A DNA stretch of 54,860 nt from a virus (lineage: Duplodnaviria; Caudoviricetes): positions 1 through 54,860 of IMG/VR virus record IMGVR_UViG_3300018041_000008; one strand, written 5' to 3'. Shown here piece after piece: positions 10,126 to 18,982 of the stretch (within the stretch, counting starts at the first letter, position 1; the number at the start of each line of letters is the position of its first letter). The position numbers were made by a program, and so were the translations under genes. The notes beneath the pieces are model-generated. The model had not been told where the DNA came from. It ran no database searches and was given only the letters and a program-made list of their open reading frames with translations.

Positions 10126-11345
10126 CCTTTAATAACATCTGCAGAAAAGTTTGCTTTACTAAATTCCATTCTATTTACTATTTTAACCGCGCCTCCAGAC
10201 AATCTATCGATTGCCACAAATCCTTCTACACCTGTTACTTTAAATCCTGAAGCAGTCTTTAAAAATGTTTCTATATGTCCTGCTTCATTCATTTTATTAA
10301 TAATCATATGTTTAGCATCAACAAGTAAATTAGTTAATTTAAATACATCAGCTATAGCATCTCTACTATGTGTAGAAAAGAACTTGTTCATATTATTTAT
10401 CTTATCTTTCCACTGCTGTTTTCCCTTATCTGTCTTACGGGAATTCATTTCTTTATTATATTTATTTTGAATCCAATGATATAGACCTACAACGTGTTGA
10501 ACTGGATTTGTAATCTTTTCTCCAGCACGTACTTTAGAATTATTAAAAGTTTTAATTAGATTTAATAGCTCTTGATCTTTACTGATAGAATTAATAACAT
10601 TAGCATCAATCCTTTGGAACAGTTTACCAGCCTCAGATAATATTGAAGTTACCTTTGCGGTTTCTGCTGCAGTAAATGATGCCGTACCAGAATAGTCTTT
10701 ATATGTAGCATCATCCATCCATGTAGATGGTGTTTGTCTAAATTGTTTTGTAATATCTTTACCAAACGATGCTGTCATCTGAGTAAAAGAATTACCTGTA
10801 TATGTTGTATGCCATACTACTCCAATATTAGCTCTCGTAATTTTATTAGCTAAATCAGAACCATATGGGATTGCATAGACAATAGTGTTAGGATGGAAGG
10901 TTATATACTTTTGACCTTCTATGGTTTGTGTTTTTAAGTCACCTTTGGTAAACATTAGATCACCTTGGTAAACTCCTCGTGTAATTCCTAACTTACTAAA
11001 CTCTGCCAATGCAATCTTAAACTTAGCAGCAATATCTCCAGATAAATCATTATCAATCTCAGCATTTGTTTTATAGATCTTAGGATCAACATTAAAGATC
11101 CCTTTCTTTGCAACAAAGAACTTACCATCTCTAGGATCAACTCCGGCAAAAATGGCAGGAGCCCCATCCCATTTAACTGTAGCAGTTAATTTAGATTTAC
11201 TATTACCTGCTAACATATTTCTTAAATCTTGCAGAAAGTTAATTGCTTTACGTGTACCGGCAACGCCTTCATTGAAGACAAGATCTTCCAAATGTTCCAT
11301 ATGAACATTCTTTGATTCTTTTATATATGATTTTAAATCAAGCAT
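10113..11345 (-). CDS. Conserved T4-like protein (DUF6267-like) with ATP-dependent ligase-superfamily motifs
   Basis: KNVHMEHLED, TVKWDGAPA (KxDG), YQGDLMF, EGFVA, VKIVNR. Confidence 0.7.
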   Translation of the reverse strand: MLDLKSYIKESKNVHMEHLEDLVFNEGVAGTRKAINFLQDLRNMLAGNSKSKLTATVKWDGAPAIFAGVDPRDGKFFVAKKGIFNVDPKIYKTNAEIDNDLSGDIAAKFKIALAEFSKLGITRGVYQGDLMFTKGDLKTQTIEGQKYITFHPNTIVYAIPYGSDLANKITRANIGVVWHTTYTGNSFTQMTASFGKDITKQFRQTPSTWMDDATYKDYSGTASFTAAETAKVTSILSEAGKLFQRIDANVINSISKDQELLNLIKTFNNSKVRAGEKITNPVQHVVGLYHWIQNKYNKEMNSRKTDKGKQQWKDKINNMNKFFSTHSRDAIADVFKLTNLLVDAKHMIINKMNEAGHIETFLKTASGFKVTGVEGFVAIDRLSGGAVKIVNRMEFSKANFSADVIKGWKH

Positions 11346-12535
11346 TACATAAACTCTTTAAAATCAACAAAGGCATTTGTTTTACCTTGGGCATATTTAC
11401 CTCCAGTGTCAGCAAATGTTATAGTAGCTTTTGTAATAATATCCCCATTTGGGCTCTTAAATATAATATTGGCGTTATTTGTTTTACCATTACGTTCTAC
11501 CGACAAAGTAAAATCTTTGGATAATTTACTAAGCATTAATTGAAGTTCTTTACTTTTTCTAGAAGAAATAACTTTCTGTTTGCCTGAATCACCAATTGCT
11601 GCATAAAAATCATCATCTCCATCAAACCCTAACATTTTAAGCATGCGTTCATTAATTTCCTTTTTATTCTTTGGGTAATAATTTCTGAATATTTTTGAAA
11701 TTAACTCAATGACGTTACCGTGACTTAATTTGGCTTCTTTTCTAGCATCTTGTTTTGATAAACCTTTTTTAATTAAAGTACCAATAATATTCTGTTGCGC
11801 AAATAATTGTTTTAATTCTTGGCTTGATCCATAATCTTTTGCAAATCGCATGATAAATTCTGGAGTTTTTGCTGGAAGATTGGAAGATTGATCATAAAAT
11901 ATAGTTTTTATTAGACTAATAAATGTTGAATTGGATAAATTAATAGACGATTTTTTGTATGCTTTAAGAGAAGCATTAATTTTATCTATAATTTGTTTTT
12001 CTGAATCTTTAGATACAATTAATACTAAATCAGCTTTACTAATTCCTTTAGAAGAATCTCCTGTCAATTCAATTTTAAATGAAAGAAGTTTAAAGTCTTC
12101 ACCATGCGCCTCAATATCATTAAATATTTGTTTGCCCATAACTTGCCCAGCGGATTCCATTCTAACAATTTCTTGTTGTAGTTTTGCTTTGTCATTACCA
12201 GCAATTTTTATTTGTTCTAAATCATGCTTTTTCTTTTTGTATTCTTTATCTAAATAATTAACTAAATCACTAGAAATTCTACCATTGTTAGATTTAATTT
12301 CTTTTGCTAAATGCATTGCTGTGGCATATTCAGATAAATAACCTAATCTAGATTTTGTATCAATAGTTTCTTCTGTGATTGTACCAACTGGTATTTTTAT
12401 AGCAACTTTTTTACCAAAACTAAGAGCTTTAAATAGTGATTTAATTTTATTTTTAATTATATATATTATAGAAGATAAAGAAAGTTCTTCTATAGTATCT
12501 ATAGTATTGTTATAATATTCTTTAAATGTTTTCAT
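11345..12535 (-). CDS. Hypothetical protein, possible PD-(D/E)xK-like nuclease fold
   Basis: GYLSE...KADLVL...ASLK arrangement; N-terminus MKTFKEYYN. Confidence 0.5.
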   Translation of the reverse strand: MKTFKEYYNNTIDTIEELSLSSIIYIIKNKIKSLFKALSFGKKVAIKIPVGTITEETIDTKSRLGYLSEYATAMHLAKEIKSNNGRISSDLVNYLDKEYKKKKHDLEQIKIAGNDKAKLQQEIVRMESAGQVMGKQIFNDIEAHGEDFKLLSFKIELTGDSSKGISKADLVLIVSKDSEKQIIDKINASLKAYKKSSINLSNSTFISLIKTIFYDQSSNLPAKTPEFIMRFAKDYGSSQELKQLFAQQNIIGTLIKKGLSKQDARKEAKLSHGNVIELISKIFRNYYPKNKKEINERMLKMLGFDGDDDFYAAIGDSGKQKVISSRKSKELQLMLSKLSKDFTLSVERNGKTNNANIIFKSPNGDIITKATITFADTGGKYAQGKTNAFVDFKEFM

Positions 12536-13146
12536 TTTATTGTCTTAACTCCACCATCAGGTTTAGCAAAGAATGCTTGAAACTTAACCTCAGGAAATTC
12601 TCTTTGTAATTTTAAAAAAGCTTTTAGATTAGCCATTGAATCATCAAACAATCTAACTCTAGAAAACTGTTTTGTGTTTAAATAGTTTCTTATAATAATA
12701 ACTTTTTTAAATGCTACATTTGAAACATCATTGATATTACCGGCACGTTCAATTCGTATCTTATTAACATCTAATCCATGTTTAGAGAAGGTTTTTAAGA
12801 ACATTTTTTTATTATCAAAATCAGCTCTTGCTGTAATAATAACAATTTTGCTACCTGGCTTTTTACCTACATTGTGTAGAATAGCCTTAGCTTTATTGAA
12901 CATCTTTTCAATAGGTTGAGATTCGTCATGGAATTTTTTAGCGTTTTTAAATTGACCGTAGTCAAACGACTCTCCAGCTTTAAGCCTATATGTATTATAT
13001 TCATTGTTGGAGAGTTCTTTGACTTTTTTACCAGCACGCATAACTGCAATTTTAGCAGTTGTGTGAAATAGCGTATCATCAATATCAAATATTGTTAATC
13101 CGTTATCTTTAAATTCTTCTAGTAAATATTCATTAAATTTTAACAT
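12532..13146 (-). CDS. HAD-superfamily phosphatase (start reassigned to MLKFNEYLLEE)
   Basis: IFDIDDTLF (DxD motif I), ITAR (motif II), K, LFDD (motif IV); track start 13176 overlaps the promoter. Confidence 0.8.
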   Translation of the reverse strand: MLKFNEYLLEEFKDNGLTIFDIDDTLFHTTAKIAVMRAGKKVKELSNNEYNTYRLKAGESFDYGQFKNAKKFHDESQPIEKMFNKAKAILHNVGKKPGSKIVIITARADFDNKKMFLKTFSKHGLDVNKIRIERAGNINDVSNVAFKKVIIIRNYLNTKQFSRVRLFDDSMANLKAFLKLQREFPEVKFQAFFAKPDGGVKTIK

Positions 13147-13164
13147 AATCTCTCTTATAGTATT

Positions 13165-13214
13165 ATTATACAACAAATACTAATTAAAGTATATAGTTTT
13201 ATACTATATTTATA
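13165..13214 (-). promoter_or_regulatory. Early-type promoter (13165-13193) plus late promoter TATAAATA (13207-13214)
   Basis: TATACTTTAATT..TATAAT and TATAAATA on minus strand. Confidence 0.7.
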
Positions 13215-13226
13215 AAAGATTAATTA

Positions 13227-14612
13227 TTAAAATTTAAATCCTTCTGTTGCTAGACGTTTACCAAAGTCTGATTTATCAAATACTGGACCAGTATCTTTAT
13301 CTTGACCCGAATCAGAAATATTAGATTGTGCTGAGATTTCTACATCATAGAGTTTCATTTTAGATCTATCAACTCCAACAACAAATCGTTTATAATATGT
13401 TGGATCATTATATCGATTCTTTAATTGTTTAACCATGATTTGACCGAGATCTTCTAATTCTTCTGTAGAGATAAGTGCTAACATTAAATCACATGTAGCA
13501 GGTAAACCAAATGATTCTGATGTATCTTCAAGTCCTGGATCTGAATTAGTGAAACCAGAACGGGTTGTTTGTGTTGCACTCATAATAGGTACATCATATT
13601 CAACAGCAAGACCACGCAATTCTTCTGCAATAGTTTTAACATAGGTATATGAATTAATATTGGCACCATATTTTAGTCTTTGTGAACTACAGATATTCAA
13701 GTAATCAATGTAGATAATATCAGGAGAAAACTCTTGTTTAAGTTTCAACTCTTCAAGGAGTGCTCTAAAATGACCAGCATGGGCGCCGGCAGTTGGATAC
13801 TCTTTAATGATTAGTCGTCCCTGAGATTTCTTCCTGATCTTACCTAACCTGTTATCGAAAATTTCTTTGTCGACAACTTTTAACTCATCCATTGACAAGT
13901 TAAGAAGGTTTGCATCAACTCTTTCTGCAATTCTTTCTTCAGCCATTTCCATAGTAATATATAATACATTCTTATTATCTAATAGATTTGCTGCAGCGGC
14001 ATGGCACATGAATAGTGATTTACCTACACCTGTACCTGCAAGGATAACATTAAGTGTTTTATTAGATAAACCACCTTTTGTAATTTTGTTTAGCATATCC
14101 AGATCAAATGGTATTTTCTCTTCTACTCTATGGTAGAATTCATACCGATCATCTGCATCATCTATATAACTATGACCTACATGGTTGTCAAATGATACTC
14201 CAAGTGCATCAGATAAAAGAGAAGGAATAGCATCTTCTGATTTCTCTTTGTCTTTGCCGTCTATAATACCAATTGAATCTAATATAGCATTATAGACTGC
14301 TTTCTTTTTACAGAAAGTTTCTGTTTCTTGAAGTAGCCATTCTTCATTAGTTGGTTCGTGCTGAAGTTTAGTAATATGTTCTTGAAAGTCAGAAGCTTCT
14401 TTATCAGATATATCTTTACGATTAGAAACTTCAATTGCAAGAATTTCTTTTGTGATTGGTTTATTATACTTCTCAAAGAAATTAGTAATCTCATTATAGA
14501 TAATTGCTTCTTTTCTTTCAGAGAAATATCTTTTGTCTAAGAATGGGAGTACTTTACGACTGTACTCCTCATTAAAAACTAGGTTGTTAAGTATCGTTGT
14601 TTCAATTCTCAT
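13227..14612 (-). CDS. 41: Replicative DNA helicase gp41 (DnaB-like)
   Basis: LAGTGVGKSLFMC Walker A, YITMEMAEERI, IDYLNIC, SATQTTRSG, KQLKNRY. Confidence 0.96.
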   Translation of the reverse strand: MRIETTILNNLVFNEEYSRKVLPFLDKRYFSERKEAIIYNEITNFFEKYNKPITKEILAIEVSNRKDISDKEASDFQEHITKLQHEPTNEEWLLQETETFCKKKAVYNAILDSIGIIDGKDKEKSEDAIPSLLSDALGVSFDNHVGHSYIDDADDRYEFYHRVEEKIPFDLDMLNKITKGGLSNKTLNVILAGTGVGKSLFMCHAAAANLLDNKNVLYITMEMAEERIAERVDANLLNLSMDELKVVDKEIFDNRLGKIRKKSQGRLIIKEYPTAGAHAGHFRALLEELKLKQEFSPDIIYIDYLNICSSQRLKYGANINSYTYVKTIAEELRGLAVEYDVPIMSATQTTRSGFTNSDPGLEDTSESFGLPATCDLMLALISTEELEDLGQIMVKQLKNRYNDPTYYKRFVVGVDRSKMKLYDVEISAQSNISDSGQDKDTGPVFDKSDFGKRLATEGFKF

Positions 14613-14889
14613 CTATTCCGCCGTAGTATACAAGATCGTTTTGTTTAACCCCATCGTCTAACATTTGCATGAGGAGGTCGCCTATAGCAGTTTGAAATTT
14701 GTCTTTATCAAAGTCTTTACCACTTGATTCTATTATATCATAATGGTATTTTAAAGTTAAATTATTTTCATCTAACTGTACTTTTCCTAGTACAAATTTA
14801 ATACCAGAAAACTCATGATCAATAAATTCTAATGCAAACTGAGTTTCTTTATATGGTACTTGTTTATACTTCAGGGACATCGATATCAT
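14602..14889 (-). CDS. gp40-like protein (position between uvsX and g41)
   Basis: Synteny with T4 uvsX-40-41; 95 aa. Confidence 0.5.
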   Translation of the reverse strand: MISMSLKYKQVPYKETQFALEFIDHEFSGIKFVLGKVQLDENNLTLKYHYDIIESSGKDFDKDKFQTAIGDLLMQMLDDGVKQNDLVYYGGIDEN

Positions 14890-15949
14890 CCTCTATTTTA
14901 GCTAATTCTTCATCAATATTATCATCAGACATAATCTTACTAACAGCAATTTGATATCGTTTCTTGATAGCTTCTTGGAACGCTTTATTTGTTATAATAG
15001 GTTCCCAGAATTCTTTTGTATCAGTTTCTTTAACTCGGTATTTCTTTTCTGCAATTTCACCAGTTGCAACATCAACATGAGAATACCAACCAACAGATGG
15101 TTTAATAACAAATCCAAGTTCTAATGCCATATCTAAAAGACCTGACCATTTACTAATACCTCCATTAAATTTTACTGTAACAGGTATTTTAGATTTTTCT
15201 CTTACATAACGAGATTTTTCTACATTAATGATAAAGTTGTATCCCATTAATTCTGTACCATCTTTATCTTGTTGACGACCTAGAATAAAGATATTATCAG
15301 CAGAGTAATATGAACCAGTACCACCACCAACTACATCTTTAGAATACATTTCCATAGTTTTATATGTATGATTAACAACAACCATTGGAATATCTTTAAG
15401 AGATAAGTGTGGAGTAACCATTCTGAATAATGATTTAATTTGTTTTGCTCTTGACATATCTGCAACTGATTTACCGTCTAATGTATCTTCAACTTCTTTT
15501 TTAGAAGCAAGGTTACCAATAGAATCAATAATAATCATAATATGATCACCACGTTCTACACCAGCAAGTTGTTTCATAATATCAAATTTTAACTGCTCTA
15601 CATCTGTAACTGGAGTGTGAAGTACTCTCTCGGTATCAATACCGAAAGCATCAAAATATGATTGTGGTGTACCAAATTCTGAATCATAGAATAACAATGC
15701 TGCATCTTTATATTTGTCTAAGTATGATTTAGCCATCAATAAACTAAATGCAGTTTTAAAATGTTTTGAAGGACCTGCCCACATCGTTAAGCCAGGAGTC
15801 AATCCCCCATCAATCTTTCCACTTAGCGCAATGTTAATTGCTGGGATAGATGTAGTAATCATATCTTTTTTCTGAAAGAATTTTGACTTACTAAGAAGTT
15901 CAGAATCCTTAATAGTTGAATTTTTTTTAATAGTATCTAAAATGCCCAT
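14864..15949 (-). CDS. uvsX: RecA-like recombinase UvsX
   Basis: AGPSKHFKT, FYDSEFG, IDSIGNLASKKE, VEKSRYVREKS. Confidence 0.96.
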   Translation of the reverse strand: MGILDTIKKNSTIKDSELLSKSKFFQKKDMITTSIPAINIALSGKIDGGLTPGLTMWAGPSKHFKTAFSLLMAKSYLDKYKDAALLFYDSEFGTPQSYFDAFGIDTERVLHTPVTDVEQLKFDIMKQLAGVERGDHIMIIIDSIGNLASKKEVEDTLDGKSVADMSRAKQIKSLFRMVTPHLSLKDIPMVVVNHTYKTMEMYSKDVVGGGTGSYYSADNIFILGRQQDKDGTELMGYNFIINVEKSRYVREKSKIPVTVKFNGGISKWSGLLDMALELGFVIKPSVGWYSHVDVATGEIAEKKYRVKETDTKEFWEPIITNKAFQEAIKKRYQIAVSKIMSDDNIDEELAKIEDDIDVPEV

Positions 15950-15964
15950 GTTTTTTCCTTATTG

Positions 15965-16408
15965 TTAAACTTCATATACTTCTACACCAGCTTCATGTAA
16001 CATTTGAACCGCAAAGTCACATGAAATTTTCCAGTTTTCTTTTATACCTTCTCGTTGCTTTTCTATAACTACAGTCTTAATGCCTACTTGAATAATGCCT
16101 TTAGCACATTCATGACATATAGGTAAACCATAAACATAAATTGTTGCACCGTCAAGTGATGTACCTGAATATGATGCATTAAATATTGCATTCATTTCAG
16201 CGTGTACAACATACTTATACTTTGTTTCACGATCATTTAATCGTTCATCTGAATCTACTATATTTCTAGGAAATCCGTTATAACCTTGAGCCAAGATTTG
16301 GCCCTTAGTTCCGACAATAATAGATCCTACTTTTGTATTAGGATCTTTAGACCAAAGAGAAACCTCTTTAGCTAAGTGAATAAATCTAGAGTGCCATTTA
16401 GATGACAT
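15965..16408 (-). CDS. cd: dCMP deaminase
   Basis: SKDPNTKVG, GYNGFP, HAEMNAI, PICHECAK zinc motifs. Confidence 0.92.
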   Translation of the reverse strand: MSSKWHSRFIHLAKEVSLWSKDPNTKVGSIIVGTKGQILAQGYNGFPRNIVDSDERLNDRETKYKYVVHAEMNAIFNASYSGTSLDGATIYVYGLPICHECAKGIIQVGIKTVVIEKQREGIKENWKISCDFAVQMLHEAGVEVYEV

Positions 16409-17076
16409 TGTTCCCTCACTAAATCAAAGTGTCGTTCATATACATGTAACGAAGCTACATTCCAATATATGCTACCAACAGCTACAGTCATATCAGATTT
16501 TGAATTTAAATCTAATACTAAATTATCAAGCACGTGCTTTTGCCAGGCATAATCATTTTTGTAACCAAATACTGCATCATTAGATCTCATATAAACTAAT
16601 GCATGGACTGCATTATCTCGTATAAGATACTGTACAGTATTAGTACACATAAAGTCAGACATACCGCCTCTATTATAATCCATATGCATAGTCGGTCTAG
16701 TATAAATCATAGTAGCTCTACGCGAATCAGGATTATTATGAAGTTCAACTAATACATTTGTGTATTGGTTATAATTATCATCTGACCATATACACCAACC
16801 ATAATTAGAATTGATATAGCCATCTTTTGAGGCTACCATCTTCCATATTTCAGGGGTACCTCCAGGAATATGATTCACATTACGAGACTTAGATTTATAC
16901 CATGCTAATTCTCTATCAATGTAATCTTGATTTGGAGTACCAAATATACTAGGTTCATCTGCATAAAATGCAGCATTAATAACCTCAATAGTTTTAACAC
17001 CTGATTTATCAGTAACAAATATATTATCTTCAAGATTACAAGCTAATTGGTATCTTATATCATCTAAATTAATCAT
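16372..17076 (-). CDS. 42: dCMP hydroxymethylase (T4 gp42-like)
   Basis: DKSGVKTIE, INSNYGW, DSRRATMIYTRP, DFMCTNTVQYLIRD, MRSNDAVFGYKNDYAWQ, SLHVYERHF follow T4 gp42 along its length; Asp at the dCMP-specificity position. Confidence 0.9.
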   Translation of the reverse strand: MINLDDIRYQLACNLEDNIFVTDKSGVKTIEVINAAFYADEPSIFGTPNQDYIDRELAWYKSKSRNVNHIPGGTPEIWKMVASKDGYINSNYGWCIWSDDNYNQYTNVLVELHNNPDSRRATMIYTRPTMHMDYNRGGMSDFMCTNTVQYLIRDNAVHALVYMRSNDAVFGYKNDYAWQKHVLDNLVLDLNSKSDMTVAVGSIYWNVASLHVYERHFDLVREQCHLNGTLDLFT

Positions 17077-17404
17077 GTTTAGGCCTATTTAAAAAGTCAC
17101 GGTCAGTATCTTGTCCGTCAATACCACCTCTGATATATGATACACCGAATGAAGCATAGTTAATAAGATCAACACAAGAGTCTTCGAGTGATTCAAAGTT
17201 TGGATTATAGTCTGGATCTGATTCCATTGCTTCTAATACAGATTGCATTCTTAATACTTTAGCATACATCGTATCTAGAATTGTAGCAAATCCACGCGGA
17301 TAATAATCTGCCTGGCGTATTCTTGAATTGGGGTTTTGATAATCATTAGACTTTTTAGTCTGAAGTTCTGCTGCTTGCTGCAAAACCTTTAACGATTCTT
17401 TCAT
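17069..17404 (-). CDS. Nucleotide-modification-associated domain 1 (DUF1599-like) protein; true start MKESLK
   Basis: KKSNDY...KVLR...ESLEDSCVDLINYA; SD AAGGA upstream of ATG at 17404. Confidence 0.75.
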   Translation of the reverse strand: MKESLKVLQQAAELQTKKSNDYQNPNSRIRQADYYPRGFATILDTMYAKVLRMQSVLEAMESDPDYNPNFESLEDSCVDLINYASFGVSYIRGGIDGQDTDRDFLNRPKHD

Positions 17405-17478
17405 AAAGTTTTCCTTTTCAAATTGCTGCGGTTTGTAAAGTGGTATATGATCTGCTGCGGCGTACAGATTTACCACTA

Positions 17479-17600
17479 AAAGAATTATTGAGCAAGCCAT
17501 AGGGTTTTAGATGATCAAACCAACCTATAACTTCTCCGATAAAGTCTCGAGCCTTCGTCTTTGATGTTTTAATTAAACTAGACCTGCTCAATAATTCCTT
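17479..17600 (-). ncRNA. tRNA-like structured RNA with extended acceptor stem
   Basis: About 19-bp closing stem enclosing UA-GUUU-AAUUA-AAAC D-like arm and AUAGG/CCUAU T-like arm; begins just after promoter 17612-17640. Confidence 0.55.
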
Positions 17601-17611
17601 ATCATAATGCT

Positions 17612-17640
17612 ATTATATCCTGTTTTCGAATTAAAGTACA
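17612..17640 (-). promoter_or_regulatory. Early-type promoter
   Basis: TGTACTTTAATT-N11-TATAAT consensus. Confidence 0.8.
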
Positions 17641-18272
17641 TTATTTTTAGGTTTTTTTAGATTGATAGGATAACATTGTCCAGAAGACAGAGAGGTAAAA
17701 TGACTATAAAAGTGTTTATCATTATAACCTTTGCTAGGTCTCCAGTAGTCAAAGAATGTTTTAGCATTTGCCACTAAAACAAAAGACACTTCATAATATA
17801 ATGCAGATGGATCATCATTCATTTTTGCGGCTAAGAATAAGTCTAGATTTTTATGGTGTTTATTAAAGGTTGATATATTATCATTATAATATGTTACCCA
17901 TTCACAATCACTTTCTATCCACTTAACTTCTGTAAGTAAGTTCTTTTCTGTTAATGATGCATCCCATATATAAGTATCAGGATTTGTATAATCAAACTTT
18001 TGTGTATTTCTTCGGCCACCAAATATCATAACAGCGGCAGTTTCAGTTACAATGCCACGTTTACAGTGTTCTTTTATTGTATCTAAAGACCTACCTTTTC
18101 TATTTTGACTAGCAAAGATTTCACTAGCCATAACTTCAATATCATATTCAACTTGAACTTTTTCCACTCTATAATTTTGGTGAGTTCTAGCATGATTACC
18201 AAGCTCAATTATATCACTTCTTGATAAAGCCATACTATTCGAAGATAGTGAAATAATACTAGATGAAGTCAA
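17631..18272 (-). CDS. Hypothetical protein, possible PD-(D/E)xK nuclease
   Basis: GIVTE...WDASL...LTEVKW motif spacing. Confidence 0.5.
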   Translation of the reverse strand: MTSSSIISLSSNSMALSRSDIIELGNHARTHQNYRVEKVQVEYDIEVMASEIFASQNRKGRSLDTIKEHCKRGIVTETAAVMIFGGRRNTQKFDYTNPDTYIWDASLTEKNLLTEVKWIESDCEWVTYYNDNISTFNKHHKNLDLFLAAKMNDDPSALYYEVSFVLVANAKTFFDYWRPSKGYNDKHFYSHFTSLSSGQCYPINLKKPKNNVL

Positions 18273-18510
18273 GATACAATCCTCTGCCGTATATAGCCAC
18301 CATTAATAAGTTTAATGCCCACAAGGAAGTCTTATTCCAAGCAAACCCAACATAAGCAAATACTAACGATCCAACAAACAATAGAATATTATTCAGAGGA
18401 TATACATTGATTGATGTATAATAGCCTCCGGTAATAAGAATTGCTGAGGCAATCCATGACATAATATCTGCAAATGTTTTAGGTATAATATTAATCATAT
18501 ACTTTATCAA
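18259..18510 (-). CDS. Small integral membrane protein
   Basis: Three hydrophobic segments. Confidence 0.6.
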   Translation of the reverse strand: MIKYMINIIPKTFADIMSWIASAILITGGYYTSINVYPLNNILLFVGSLVFAYVGFAWNKTSLWALNLLMVAIYGRGLYLDFI

Positions 18511-18898
18511 GCATTCCTGCTAGGTCCTTATGTGTAGGTGATGTCCAGCCTTCGGGCTTTATGAGGTCGGGCATGTTTAGTGGATTTGGTCGTTCAGTTT
18601 TAATACCAACTTCTTTATCCATATTGGCATTCCACACTCTGTCCCATGCTTCATATGCATCACAATCAAAGGCATCTAATGTACCAATTGCAATAACACA
18701 TAGATCTATAAGAGCATCTACTGCATCATCTGCTGTTACTGCCTCTTTCATTTCGTCTAACTCTTCTTGTAAGAAGTCAATGCGGAATTGTAAGAAAGCT
18801 TTTAGCTTTTCTTTATCCATGTTTCTTACTACTTCATTCACAGCAAACTTGCCGTGCATAACACTCATATCTTGTACCCAATCTTTTGACATACACAT
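18491..18898 (-). CDS. MazG/PRA-PH-like nucleoside triphosphate pyrophosphohydrolase (candidate dCTPase/dUTPase)
   Basis: FLQEELDE...VDALIDL...ANMDK...DLIKPEGW. Confidence 0.85.
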   Translation of the reverse strand: MCMSKDWVQDMSVMHGKFAVNEVVRNMDKEKLKAFLQFRIDFLQEELDEMKEAVTADDAVDALIDLCVIAIGTLDAFDCDAYEAWDRVWNANMDKEVGIKTERPNPLNMPDLIKPEGWTSPTHKDLAGMLDKVYD

Positions 18899-18915
18899 CT
18901 CCTTTTAATAATACT

Positions 18916-18944
18916 ATTATACTATATAAATGAATTAAAGTACA
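18916..18944 (-). promoter_or_regulatory. Early-type promoter
   Basis: TGTACTTTAATT..TATAAT. Confidence 0.8.
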
Positions 18945-18982
18945 TTACTTTTTTCTAAAATAATTTATCCATATCATTCTCT

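Noticed and set aside
16372-17076. Ordinary thymidylate synthase call
   Set aside because: Sequence follows T4 gp42 and has Asp rather than the dUMP-specifying Asn
17405-17500. N-terminal extension MACSIILL... of the 17069 ORF
   Set aside because: Overlaps the structured leader; SD and domain start fit ATG at 17404
17492-17587. Canonical tRNA gene
   Set aside because: No 7-nt anticodon loop, no TTC T-loop, no D-loop GG, no CCA; reported only as tRNA-like
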